Below, one piece after another: positions 46,395 to 55,259 of a DNA stretch of 55,459 bases. The notes beneath the pieces are model-generated. The model was given only the letters and a program-made list of their open reading frames with translations. It made no database searches and was not told where the DNA came from. Source of the DNA: a virus (lineage: Duplodnaviria > Caudoviricetes); the IMG/VR virus record IMGVR_UViG_3300047476_000267, positions 1-55,459 of that record, one strand, 5' to 3'. The position numbers and the translations under genes were made by a program. Each line of letters opens with the position of its first letter. The stretch's first letter is position 1.

Positions 46395-46705
46395 TATTCG
46401 AACTCCTCAGGAACGATCACATCAAACTTACGCAACAACTCAATGGCTTTATCAGACAGGCTCATTACTCCGTCATAATCGGTCAGTGTGCGAACTCCAA
46501 CAGGATCAATAGAGAACCACAAACCAATGTATTCAAACTTATCCAGTGTAGGAATATCCCACTCGATAAACCCAGTAGCGTCATCATGGAAATACAACTC
46601 CATTGTGGATTCGTGTGTGCCTAAGTCTCTCTCGCCCCATGATCCCTCAAGGATCAAAGGGCAATTAAACTCGGCACGACCAACAAAAAAGGTTTGGTGT
46701 GCCAT
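46394..46705 (-). CDS. Hypothetical protein
   Basis: GGAG RBS; TAATG coupling. Confidence 0.6.
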   Translation of the reverse strand: MAHQTFFVGRAEFNCPLILEGSWGERDLGTHESTMELYFHDDATGFIEWDIPTLDKFEYIGLWFSIDPVGVRTLTDYDGVMSLSDKAIELLRKFDVIVPEEFE

Positions 46706-46709
46706 GATT

Positions 46710-47084
46710 TCAATACTCCGAAGTGAGCATCAAAACATTGTCGGTCAGGAAGAACTTGTATTCACCAACTGGGCAGTCGGTGTATTCAATGATCTTCTTT
46801 GCCAACAGTTCACAATCACCATCTTCAACTACGATCATTGCATTGTTGTCATCCTGATTACTTCCAACGATCAGCGTAATGCTGATGAATGGCTCTTTCT
46901 TGAGCAGTGGAAAATACTCAGTCGCAACGATATCCAAGAACCAGTAAGCACCATTACCCGCATTCTCAGCAAAGTATTGAACCCCATCAGTATGGTGCAG
47001 ACCTTTTGCAAACATGGGATTGGTTTGATAGTAATTCGCAGTCCCAATAAATTGGGATAAATCTAAAGTGGTAGTCGAATCCAA
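46710..47084 (-). CDS. DUF6876-like protein
   Basis: LSQFIGTANYY, TDGVQY.AE...AYWFLD, YTDCP, LMLTSEY; TTG start after CTAGGAG. Confidence 0.65.
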   Translation of the reverse strand: MDSTTTLDLSQFIGTANYYQTNPMFAKGLHHTDGVQYFAENAGNGAYWFLDIVATEYFPLLKKEPFISITLIVGSNQDDNNAMIVVEDGDCELLAKKIIEYTDCPVGEYKFFLTDNVLMLTSEY

Positions 47085-47103
47085 TTTAATCTCCTAGCAG
47101 TTA

Positions 47104-47163
47104 TGATTATCGGGATTGATAATCCGTAAACCCACGCAGTGCATGGGCTTACAGGTATCACTC
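47104..47163 (-). ncRNA. Intergenic two-hairpin RNA motif, copy B
   Basis: GAGUGAUACCU-hairpin-GGAUUAUC/GAUAAUC; compensatory changes relative to copy A. Confidence 0.55.
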
Positions 47164-47547
47164 CTCTACTTCTTCCTCAAGAACAGTATCAACAATGTAA
47201 TCACCAAACTTTAGAACTCCATCATCATTGGTGCATAAGGTGGCAGTCTCAAACACAACGAGGGTAGAATCATTCCAGTCGGTGGTAGCGTAAGCAACAG
47301 GCACAAGACCAATCAAACCCGCATCAACTGGATATGTATTACCCTTGTTATCGGGATAGCAACCATCACCCCATTTAGTGCCAAAGGCAAGAACTTCAAA
47401 GTCTCCAACCTTGCCAACAGGCTCATTGAAATAATTGCATGACTGGAGTAAAGCACCCCAGTCAGCGTCAGGCACTACATAACAAGGATCGCCAAGGATG
47501 TAAGCACCTTTTGGCACAACAACAGATTTAGAACTCAATGTAAGCAT
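47158..47547 (-). CDS. Hypothetical protein
   Basis: YILGDPCYV, TKWGDG.Y, PVDAGLIGLVP motifs; first gene of the leftward block. Confidence 0.7.
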   Translation of the reverse strand: MLTLSSKSVVVPKGAYILGDPCYVVPDADWGALLQSCNYFNEPVGKVGDFEVLAFGTKWGDGCYPDNKGNTYPVDAGLIGLVPVAYATTDWNDSTLVVFETATLCTNDDGVLKFGDYIVDTVLEEEVEE

Positions 47548-47599
47548 TTCTATCTCCTAGCAGTTTGGTAGTCGAATTAGGTGTTTAGCACCTACCGAC

Positions 47600-47650
47600 A
47601 TTATAGCGAAGAAAGAAATAAGAACACAATACTTTTTTGAAAATAATTTT
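47600..47650 (-). promoter_or_regulatory. Early-type sigma70 promoter with UP-like element
   Basis: TTGTGT-18 bp-TATAAT preceded by A/T tracts. Confidence 0.65.
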
Positions 47651-47782
47651 TAGGGCTTACTGGATAAGGGTTAGCGGGGGATCAATCTGGGCAACTGAGA
47701 CCTAAAAGCGGGTAAGGTGCGAAGCACAACAGCCCAATGACAACTCCCAATGTATATAGAGAACCTATATAAGGACTAATAC

Positions 47783-47811
47783 TTGCAGATATACCAGTAA
47801 TGCCCTAATAT
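47783..47811 (+). promoter_or_regulatory. Candidate promoter of packaging genes
   Basis: TTGCAG-17 bp-TAATAT. Confidence 0.45.
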
Positions 47812-47844
47812 CGTGTCCATATAGATAAACAGGGCAATACTCAA

Positions 47845-48672
47845 GTGATACCTACAAAAAGACTCACGAAGAAACAGATCGAAGAGGGCTTGAAAGCAAT
47901 GCCAGTGGAGACCTTGCTACTGGGAGTCAGTCAGAGTAAACAGAAGCGTCTAACCCCCTCACAAATCAAGTTCGCAGAGGAATTAGCACTGGGAAAGACC
48001 AAGGCAGAAGCATACAGGCAGAGCAGACCGAATGGTCGAAAGAGTAAGGCTAATCCGAGAACAGCCAGTCGCAAAGGTCAGGAACTCGCAAAGTCAGACG
48101 CAATTCAGGCTCAGGTGAATGCGTTTAAGGTGGCGATTGAAGCGCAGAAATATCAAACCCCTGCTCACTTGAGGGCGTTGGCAATCCATAAGATCACTGA
48201 AAAGGTGTTGGATGAGGATTGTCCCCCAGCCCAGCAACTCAAAGCACTGGAACTGCTCGGCAAGATCACCGAGGTCGCACTCTTTACCGAACGGCGAGAG
48301 GTCGTGCAAGTCAGTGATCCCAGTGAGATGCGGGAGAAACTAATGGCGAGTATCAAACTGGCTATCGAGAACAGTCAGGCGATTGATGTCGAGACACGCA
48401 ACGCAGATGACCTACTCGCTGAACTTGTCGGCAGTCATGAATCAAGTGATGATGTCATGGATGATGGGGAACAAGTGTCCTTAGACGGGGGTGAGGGCAT
48501 TGCAAACGGGGATTTGGCAGACCCACGAGGGGGCGAGACCCAAATTTTGGCATTGGGTCAGCGAGCCAACTTGCATAGTATTTCACACACTGAATCCCCT
48601 CCTAATTCCGATACTCAGGGAAAACCCTTAGTCACTTGTTCACCTGAACAGGTGACACAGGGTAAACCCTAA
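47845..48672 (+). CDS. Putative terminase small subunit
   Basis: LTPSQIKFAEELALGKTKAEAYR, QLKALELLGK; upstream of terL. Confidence 0.7.
   Translation: MIPTKRLTKKQIEEGLKAMPVETLLLGVSQSKQKRLTPSQIKFAEELALGKTKAEAYRQSRPNGRKSKANPRTASRKGQELAKSDAIQAQVNAFKVAIEAQKYQTPAHLRALAIHKITEKVLDEDCPPAQQLKALELLGKITEVALFTERREVVQVSDPSEMREKLMASIKLAIENSQAIDVETRNADDLLAELVGSHESSDDVMDDGEQVSLDGGEGIANGDLADPRGGETQILALGQRANLHSISHTESPPNSDTQGKPLVTCSPEQVTQGKP
48617..48670. repeat. Composite palindrome
   Basis: AGGGAAAACCCT / GTCACTTGTTCA-CC-TGAACAGGTGAC / AGGGTAAACCCT. Confidence 0.7.
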
Positions 48673-48698
48673 TCTTATATAAGACCCCCCACCCCCTA

Positions 48699-48887
48699 AT
48701 GAATATGTCAGAAAAAGAAAACAATGTTCCACGTGAAACACCCCCCCTTGGTGATTTGGGTCCCATAGTCAGGATAGACCCAGATATTTTGGAGGATCGG
48801 CTCAAAAGGATGAGTGAAAAAGACAGGCGTAAGTTGATGGATTTATTGGACAGTAACGTGGTGATATTGGAAAGGGGGGCAAAGTGA
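48699..48887 (+). CDS. Hypothetical protein (start uncertain)
   Basis: GTGA overlap with the next gene; contains the parS site. Confidence 0.4.
   Translation: MNMSEKENNVPRETPPLGDLGPIVRIDPDILEDRLKRMSEKDRRKLMDLLDSNVVILERGAK
48725..48740. promoter_or_regulatory. parS: parS site (chromosomal consensus)
   Basis: TGTTCCACGTGAAACA matches TGTTNCACGTGAAACA. Confidence 0.75.
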
Positions 48888-49072
48888 GTATTCACTTAGA
48901 AAGAACCAAGGAACATCAGGTATTGGATTATTTAGAGCAGTTGTTGTTAAGTGATCGTGGGCGGTTGTTAAGGATGATGAGTTATTTAAAAGAAAGAATA
49001 TTGGAAGAAGAGGCGAAAGCTAGGTCGATGGATATTATTGAACGAGTTAAACATGGGTCGAAGAAAGGTTAA
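48884..49072 (+). CDS. Hypothetical protein
   Basis: G-rich RBS; coupled ORF. Confidence 0.5.
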   Translation: MSIHLERTKEHQVLDYLEQLLLSDRGRLLRMMSYLKERILEEEAKARSMDIIERVKHGSKKG

Positions 49073-49301
49073 AGAAGTGACTCCCGCACAAAAGGAAATC
49101 TATCAGGTGATTGAGCAGTTCTGGTTAAAGTTTGGTTTTGGTCCAAGCGTAGATGATGTCATGTATATCACGGGCGAAAAGGGTCGAGGCAACGTCAATC
49201 GGAAAATGCGGCGGTTAATAGACTTGGGTTTATGTAAAGGGTTAAAGCATGTGCCTCGGTCGATCAGACCATCGTACTTACGGGTAAGAAACCTTGAGTA
49301 A
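49053..49301 (+). CDS. LexA-like winged-helix DNA-binding protein (no peptidase domain)
   Basis: TPAQKEIY.VI......GFGPSVDDV......RLIDLG.....PRSIR. Confidence 0.7.
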   Translation: MGRRKVKEVTPAQKEIYQVIEQFWLKFGFGPSVDDVMYITGEKGRGNVNRKMRRLIDLGLCKGLKHVPRSIRPSYLRVRNLE

Positions 49302-50790
49302 TTTAGATGCGCTCTTACTGAGCCTAAATCCTGGGGATCGGGAAAATCTGTTGAAGATGGCTGAGGGCTATCGGGATTCGCTCGTGCGGGATAAAGCACA
49401 AAAGTCCTTTATGGCGTTTGTGAAAGAGATGTGGCCTGGGTTTATTCATGGAAGGCATCACGCTTTGATGGCAAAAAAATTTGAGGAAATTGCAGCGGGG
49501 AAGTTAAAGCGCTTGATTATTAATATGCCTCCCCGTCATACAAAGTCAGAGTTCGCCTCGTATTTATTGCCAGCGTGGTATTTAGGAAAGTTCCCCAATC
49601 GAAAGATCATCCAGACCTCGAATACTGCTGAACTTGCCGTGGGCTTTGGTCGTAAGGTTCGTAACTTAGTTGATGGAGAGAGATATGCCAAGATATTTCC
49701 CAATGTCGCTTTGCGCCATGATTCCAAGGCTGCTGGTCGCTGGGCTACTAATGCTAACGGGGACTATTTCGCTATTGGTGTTGGTGGTACTGTTACGGGT
49801 AAAGGTGCTGACCTACTCATTATTGACGACCCTCACTCAGAACAAGAAGCCGCTTTAGCTTCCTCAAACCCCGAAGTCTACGATAAGGTCTTTGAGTGGT
49901 ATGGCTCAGGACCACGTCAGCGTTTACAACCTGGAGGCGCCATCGTTATCGTGATGACCCGCTGGTCTAAGCGGGATCTAACTGGTCGAGTCCTCCAATC
50001 CATGGTCGAGCGAGATGGGGATGAGTGGGAAGTGATTAGCCTTCCAGCCATCATGCCTAGCGGTAACCCTCTCTGGCCTGAGTTTTGGTCATACTCTGAA
50101 CTTGAAAAACTCAGAAACGAGTTGCCAATCTCGAAATGGTCAGCTCAGTACCAACAAGATCCAAGCTCCGAGGAAGGTGCGATTGTTAAACGAGAATGGT
50201 GGCAAATGTGGGAAAAAGAGACCCCGCCTGTTTGTGAGTTTGTCATCCAGTCTTGGGATACCGCCTTTACCAAAAACGAACGTTCAGACTACTCAGCATG
50301 CACAACTTGGGGCGTGTTCCACATGGATGAGGATCCAGACGACACCCATATTATTTTGCTTGACGCCCTAAAAGAACGCCTTGAGTTCCCAGAATTAAAG
50401 GAACGTGCCTTGCAAATGTATAAAGAATGGGAGCCCGATGCGTTTATTGTGGAAGCCAAAGCCTCTGGTGCTCCCCTTGTGTTTGAGCTACGCCGAATGG
50501 GAATCCCCGTTCAGGAATTTACACCAACACGAGGAAACGATAAGATTACCCGTGTAAACTCTGTTTCAGACTTATTTGCATCAGGGAAAGTCTGGGCGCC
50601 ACGTAAACGCTGGGCGGAAGAGGTCATGGAAGAAATGGCTGCCTTTCCAAACTCCGACCACGATGACTTGGTGGACTCAGCCACACAAGCGTTAATACGA
50701 TTTAGAAAAGGCGGTTTTATCCGATTACAGTCAGACGAAGAAGAGGAAGTCCAATTCTTTAAGTCTAGGCGAGCAGTGAGTTATTACTAA
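49294..50790 (+). CDS. terL: Terminase large subunit
   Basis: INMPPRHTKS, LLIIDDP, VMTRW, QSWDTA, HDDLVDS. Confidence 0.95.
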   Translation: MSNLDALLLSLNPGDRENLLKMAEGYRDSLVRDKAQKSFMAFVKEMWPGFIHGRHHALMAKKFEEIAAGKLKRLIINMPPRHTKSEFASYLLPAWYLGKFPNRKIIQTSNTAELAVGFGRKVRNLVDGERYAKIFPNVALRHDSKAAGRWATNANGDYFAIGVGGTVTGKGADLLIIDDPHSEQEAALASSNPEVYDKVFEWYGSGPRQRLQPGGAIVIVMTRWSKRDLTGRVLQSMVERDGDEWEVISLPAIMPSGNPLWPEFWSYSELEKLRNELPISKWSAQYQQDPSSEEGAIVKREWWQMWEKETPPVCEFVIQSWDTAFTKNERSDYSACTTWGVFHMDEDPDDTHIILLDALKERLEFPELKERALQMYKEWEPDAFIVEAKASGAPLVFELRRMGIPVQEFTPTRGNDKITRVNSVSDLFASGKVWAPRKRWAEEVMEEMAAFPNSDHDDLVDSATQALIRFRKGGFIRLQSDEEEEVQFFKSRRAVSYY

Positions 50791-50799
50791 GGACATATT

Positions 50800-53223
50800 A
50801 TGGCAATCGACAAGGCACTCTACGAATTACCCCAAGGCTTAGCAGCTATCGCTCCCGCTGAGCCCATTGAAATTGAGATCGAAGATCCAGAATCCGTAAC
50901 GATTGGAATGGATGGTCTAGAGATTGAGATCGACAAAAAAGAACCGAGTGACGAAGACTTTGATGCCAACCTTGCCGAATACTTAGACGCTGGCACTCTC
51001 GCCCAGATCTGTGGTGATTTACTAGGCGACATTCAAGGCGACATTAGTTCCCGTAAAGAATGGATGCAGACCTATACCGATGGTATTGAATTGCTCGGTA
51101 TGAAGATAGAAGAACGTGCCGAACCTTGGGAAGGCGCTTGCGGTGTTTACCATCCCCTCCTATCCGAAGCCCTTGTTAAGTTCCAAGCCGAGACGGTCAT
51201 GGAAACCCTACCCGCCAGTGGTCCAGTCAAGACCGTGATTATTGGTAAAGAAACCCCAGAAATCTTAGAAGCAGCGGATCGAGTTCAAAAAGACATGAAC
51301 TACCAGATCACCGATGTAATGACTGAGTACCGCCCTGAGCATGAGCGCATGGTCTGGGGATTAGGTCTTTCAGGTAACGCCTTCAAGAAAGTCTATTTTG
51401 ATCCTAGTCTTAACCGCCAAGTCTCCATCTTTGTTCCCGCAGAAGACCTAATTGTTCCTTATGGCGCATCAGATCTAGAGACCGCTGAGCGTGTGACCCA
51501 TGTGATGCGCAAGACTGAAAACGAACTGCGCAAACTTCAAGTCGCTGGTTTTTATCGAGATATTGACCTAGGCGACCCAGTAGCCGCTTTTGATGATGTA
51601 GAAAAGAAAATCGCTGAAAAGATGGGCTTTCAAGCCACCTCAGACGACCGTTATAAAATCCTCGAAACCCAAGTCAACCTCGATCTGCCAGGATATGAGG
51701 ATAAAGATGAGGATGGCAACCCAACAGGAATTGCTCTGCCGTACATTGTGACCATTGAAAAAGGCACGCAGAACGTCTTAGCGATTCGTAGAAATTGGAG
51801 ACCCGAAGATGACACGCACCAAAAGAGAAATCATTTCGTTCATTATGGCTACGTTCCAGGCTTTGGCTTTTACTGCTTTGGCCTCATTCACCTTGTCGGC
51901 GCTTTTGCTAAGTCTGGTACTTCTATTATCAGACAACTTGTCGATGCTGGTACATTATCGAATCTGCCAGGTGGCTTCAAAACCAGAGGTCTGCGAGTTA
52001 AAGGGGACGATACCCCCATCTCCCCAGGTGAGTTTAGAGACGTAGACGTTCCCTCTGGAGTCCTTAAAGACAACATCCTCCCTCTTCCATACAAAGAGCC
52101 CAGCCAAGTTCTTTACTCGTTACTTGGCACCATCGTAGAAGAAGGGCGCCGCTTTGCCTCAGCATCGGATCTAAAGATTGCAGACATGAGCGCCAATACC
52201 CCAGTAGGAACCACGCTGGCTATCTTGGAGCGCACCCTCAAAGTCATGTCCGCAGTCCAAGCCCGTGTTCACTACTCAATGAAACAGGAGCTCAAACTCC
52301 TCAAAGACATCATCCGTGACTACACCCCTGACGAATACAGCTATCAGCCAGAGGTTGGCAATCGTTTTGCCAAGCAGTCCGACTATGACAACTGCGATGT
52401 GATCCCAGTATCCGATCCAAACGCAGCCACCATGAGCCAAAAGGTTGTGCAGTACCAAGCCGTTTTACAGCTTGCCCAGCAACAGCCCCAGATTTACGAT
52501 ATGGCTCAACTACACAGACAGATGCTAGAAGTCCTTGGAATCAAAAACGCCAAGAAACTAGTCAAGATTGAGGATGACGCAGTACCTCAAGACCCCATTA
52601 CTGAGAACATGAACCTGATTAACATGAAGCCCGTCAAGGCATTTATGTACCAAGACCATCAGGCGCATATCAAAGTACACATGGCAGCCATGCAAGATCC
52701 AAAAATCATGCAATTGATTGGTCAAAACCCAAATGCACAAGCCATCGGTGCAGCTGCTATGGCGCATATTCAGGAGCATTTAGCCTTTGAATACCGCAAA
52801 CAGATGGAGATGTTGATGGGTATCCAGCTGCCAAGCATGGAAGACGACCAAAATATCCCACGGGCTATGGAAGTCGAGATCTCACGCATGGCTTCTCAGG
52901 CTGCCGATGTGCTTTTACAACGCAATCAAACCGAGATTGCAGCGCAAAACGCCCAGCAAGCAGCTCAAGATCCTGTCATTCAGATGCAAGCGAAGGAACT
53001 TCAGCTCAAACAAGCCGAAGAACAACGCAAAGCAGCCAAAGACCAAGCCGATGCAGCAGAAGGTGCTGCTCGATTGGAACTAGAGAAGGAGAGAATAGCC
53101 TCCCAAGAGCGTATCGCTGGCGCCCAAATTCTGGCAAAAACAGAAAAGGACCAGAAAGACGCAGAACTAAAGGCGATGCAAGCAATTGCCAGCCTTAATA
53201 AACCACCACGTGAAGGGAAATGA
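50800..53223 (+). CDS. Portal protein (P22-like)
   Basis: Follows terL; 807 aa with long helical C-terminus; GNAFKKVYFD, RQLVDAGTLSNLPGGF. Confidence 0.85.
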   Translation: MAIDKALYELPQGLAAIAPAEPIEIEIEDPESVTIGMDGLEIEIDKKEPSDEDFDANLAEYLDAGTLAQICGDLLGDIQGDISSRKEWMQTYTDGIELLGMKIEERAEPWEGACGVYHPLLSEALVKFQAETVMETLPASGPVKTVIIGKETPEILEAADRVQKDMNYQITDVMTEYRPEHERMVWGLGLSGNAFKKVYFDPSLNRQVSIFVPAEDLIVPYGASDLETAERVTHVMRKTENELRKLQVAGFYRDIDLGDPVAAFDDVEKKIAEKMGFQATSDDRYKILETQVNLDLPGYEDKDEDGNPTGIALPYIVTIEKGTQNVLAIRRNWRPEDDTHQKRNHFVHYGYVPGFGFYCFGLIHLVGAFAKSGTSIIRQLVDAGTLSNLPGGFKTRGLRVKGDDTPISPGEFRDVDVPSGVLKDNILPLPYKEPSQVLYSLLGTIVEEGRRFASASDLKIADMSANTPVGTTLAILERTLKVMSAVQARVHYSMKQELKLLKDIIRDYTPDEYSYQPEVGNRFAKQSDYDNCDVIPVSDPNAATMSQKVVQYQAVLQLAQQQPQIYDMAQLHRQMLEVLGIKNAKKLVKIEDDAVPQDPITENMNLINMKPVKAFMYQDHQAHIKVHMAAMQDPKIMQLIGQNPNAQAIGAAAMAHIQEHLAFEYRKQMEMLMGIQLPSMEDDQNIPRAMEVEISRMASQAADVLLQRNQTEIAAQNAQQAAQDPVIQMQAKELQLKQAEEQRKAAKDQADAAEGAARLELEKERIASQERIAGAQILAKTEKDQKDAELKAMQAIASLNKPPREGK

Positions 53224-53414
53224 TGGACAAAAACCTAGATTACCTCTTAAACGAGTACGTTGAACGCATCCAAATGCTCCAAAAAGCAATTGCTGCGGGA
53301 AATTGTGCAAATTTTGAGGAATATAAGTACACATGCGGTCAGATTAGAGGTCTCGAAGCTGCATGTTTAACCATAACCGACCTCAAACAACGACTGGAGA
53401 AATCTGATGAGTGA
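53220..53414 (+). CDS. Hypothetical head-module protein
   Basis: EEYKYTCGQIRGL motif. Confidence 0.6.
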   Translation: MMDKNLDYLLNEYVERIQMLQKAIAAGNCANFEEYKYTCGQIRGLEAACLTITDLKQRLEKSDE

Positions 53415-53817
53415 ATTACTAATCGGCTCAAACCCCGATGACGTAACACAAGCAACAACTCTGCCTCAAACAGCAGAAGAAAAAGCAAGACAACTACCCG
53501 AACCCTCTGGATACCGCATTTTGTGCGCCATTCCTGACATTGATGAGACTTACGAAAGCGGTATTCTCAAAGCGGATACCACGATGCACTACGAAGAGGT
53601 CTTATCAACGGTGTTTTTTGTCGTAAAAATGGGTCCTGATTGCTATAAAGACTCAAGCCGATTCCCTACTGGGCCATGGTGCAAAGTTGGTGACTTTATT
53701 TTAGCCAGACCTAACTCTGGCACCCGACTAAAGATCCACGGACGAGAGTTCAGGATCATTAATGACGATTCCGTTGAGGGCGTTGTTGAAGATCCACGTG
53801 GAATAACCAGACCATAA
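53407..53817 (+). CDS. GroES-like co-chaperonin
   Basis: PSGYRIL, SGIL mobile loop, VVKMGP, CKVGDFI, EFRIINDDSVEGVV. Confidence 0.8.
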   Translation: MSELLIGSNPDDVTQATTLPQTAEEKARQLPEPSGYRILCAIPDIDETYESGILKADTTMHYEEVLSTVFFVVKMGPDCYKDSSRFPTGPWCKVGDFILARPNSGTRLKIHGREFRIINDDSVEGVVEDPRGITRP

Positions 53818-53826
53818 GGAGAAATC

Positions 53827-54795
53827 ATGCCTGATATTCAAATGACGGAGTTTAAGTTCCCAGATGAGCAACCTGAAAAGGTCATCGAAGAGCCAGAGCA
53901 ACTTGAAATCGAGATCGAAGACGATACACCCCCAGAGGATCGTGGTCATACATCACAGATGCCCAAGGATATCGTTGATGAGCTTGAAAAAGACGAGCTA
54001 GAAGCCTTTACTGGTGAAGCCAAAGAAAAGCTACACCAGCTAAAGAAGGTATGGAATGACGAGCGCCGAGCTAAAGAAGCCGCTAAGCGTGAGGCTGATG
54101 AAGCTGCTCGTGTTGCTGCCCAGCTTTTAGAAGAAAACAAGAAGCTCAAGAGCAAACTCACTGCTGGCGAACAAACCTTGCACACCAAGTACAAGGAAAA
54201 CGTTAGCTATGAGCTTGAAAAGGCTAAGAAAGAATACAAAGATGCGTATGACTCTGGCGATTCAGACCGTCTTGTAGAAGCCCAAGAAAAGCTCACCAAA
54301 GTACAGATGGAAGCGAAGGAGATTGAAAGCTATAAACCTGAATATTCAGATGACGCTTTACAAACTTCTGAAACTGATGTAAAAATATCACAACCCAGCC
54401 AACAATTGGACTCAAAAACCCAAGCGTGGTTGGACAAAAACAAGTGGTATGGTGTTGATGAAGACATGAGTTTCCTAGCAATGGGAATTCATAGGAAGCT
54501 GGAAAGAGAAGGAGTCCCAACTGGCTCCGACTACTACTGGTCTACCATTGATGCCGAAATGAGACGCAGATTTCCTGAGAAATTTGCGGATGAGATCAAA
54601 CCCTCATCAGAAGTAGAGATCAAACCCTCTGCTAAAACTAGTAAACCGAGCACGGTTGTTGCGCCAGCAACGAGGTCAACATCTCCCAAAAGAGTCAAAT
54701 TAACCAATACGCAGCTGGCACTGGCTAAGAAATTTAATCTTTCCCCAGAACAATACGCTCGTGAACTTACTAAACTGGAGTCCCAAAATGGCTGA
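53827..54795 (+). CDS. Putative capsid scaffolding protein
   Basis: Acidic coiled coil; position in the head module. Confidence 0.65.
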   Translation: MPDIQMTEFKFPDEQPEKVIEEPEQLEIEIEDDTPPEDRGHTSQMPKDIVDELEKDELEAFTGEAKEKLHQLKKVWNDERRAKEAAKREADEAARVAAQLLEENKKLKSKLTAGEQTLHTKYKENVSYELEKAKKEYKDAYDSGDSDRLVEAQEKLTKVQMEAKEIESYKPEYSDDALQTSETDVKISQPSQQLDSKTQAWLDKNKWYGVDEDMSFLAMGIHRKLEREGVPTGSDYYWSTIDAEMRRRFPEKFADEIKPSSEVEIKPSAKTSKPSTVVAPATRSTSPKRVKLTNTQLALAKKFNLSPEQYARELTKLESQNG

Positions 54796-55237
54796 AAACA
54801 GAACACCTCGACAAGTAGAAACCCGTCAACAACAAATGCGTCCCCAGCAGTGGAAACCGCCTGAGTTGTTGCCAGAACCCGATAAACAAGCTGGCTTCGA
54901 ATATCGGTGGATTAGGGTAGCTACCTTAAATAATGCGGATCCCCGCAATTTCTCTGCCAAACTCAGAGAGGGATGGGAACCCGTACGTATTGAGGAACAA
55001 CCGCATTTTTCACTGCTAGTCGATCCCAACAGTCGATACAAAGACAATGTTGAGATTGGCGGTTTGTTGTTATGCAAGTCACCAACTGAGTTCGTTACGC
55101 AACGTAATGCTTATTACAAACAGCAAAGCGATCATCAGATGGAGGCGGTAGACAACACTCTTATGCGCCAAAACGATCCTCGGATGCCTCTCTTTAATGA
55201 GCGGAAGATGACCAGTAGTTTTGGAAAGGGTAGTTAA
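54788..55237 (+). CDS. Conserved head-module protein
   Basis: YRWIR, KLREGWEPV, IGGLLLCK. Confidence 0.6.
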   Translation: MAENRTPRQVETRQQQMRPQQWKPPELLPEPDKQAGFEYRWIRVATLNNADPRNFSAKLREGWEPVRIEEQPHFSLLVDPNSRYKDNVEIGGLLLCKSPTEFVTQRNAYYKQQSDHQMEAVDNTLMRQNDPRMPLFNERKMTSSFGKGS

Positions 55238-55259
55238 ATTTTTAATTAGGAGTATTTAA

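Noticed and set aside
47844-47853. AGTGATACCT at the terS start matches the 5' end of motifs A and B
   Set aside because: Lacks the following hairpins; one 10-mer match may be chance
53407-53817. GroES-like gene as a novelty
   Set aside because: Co-chaperonins in phage head modules are well known
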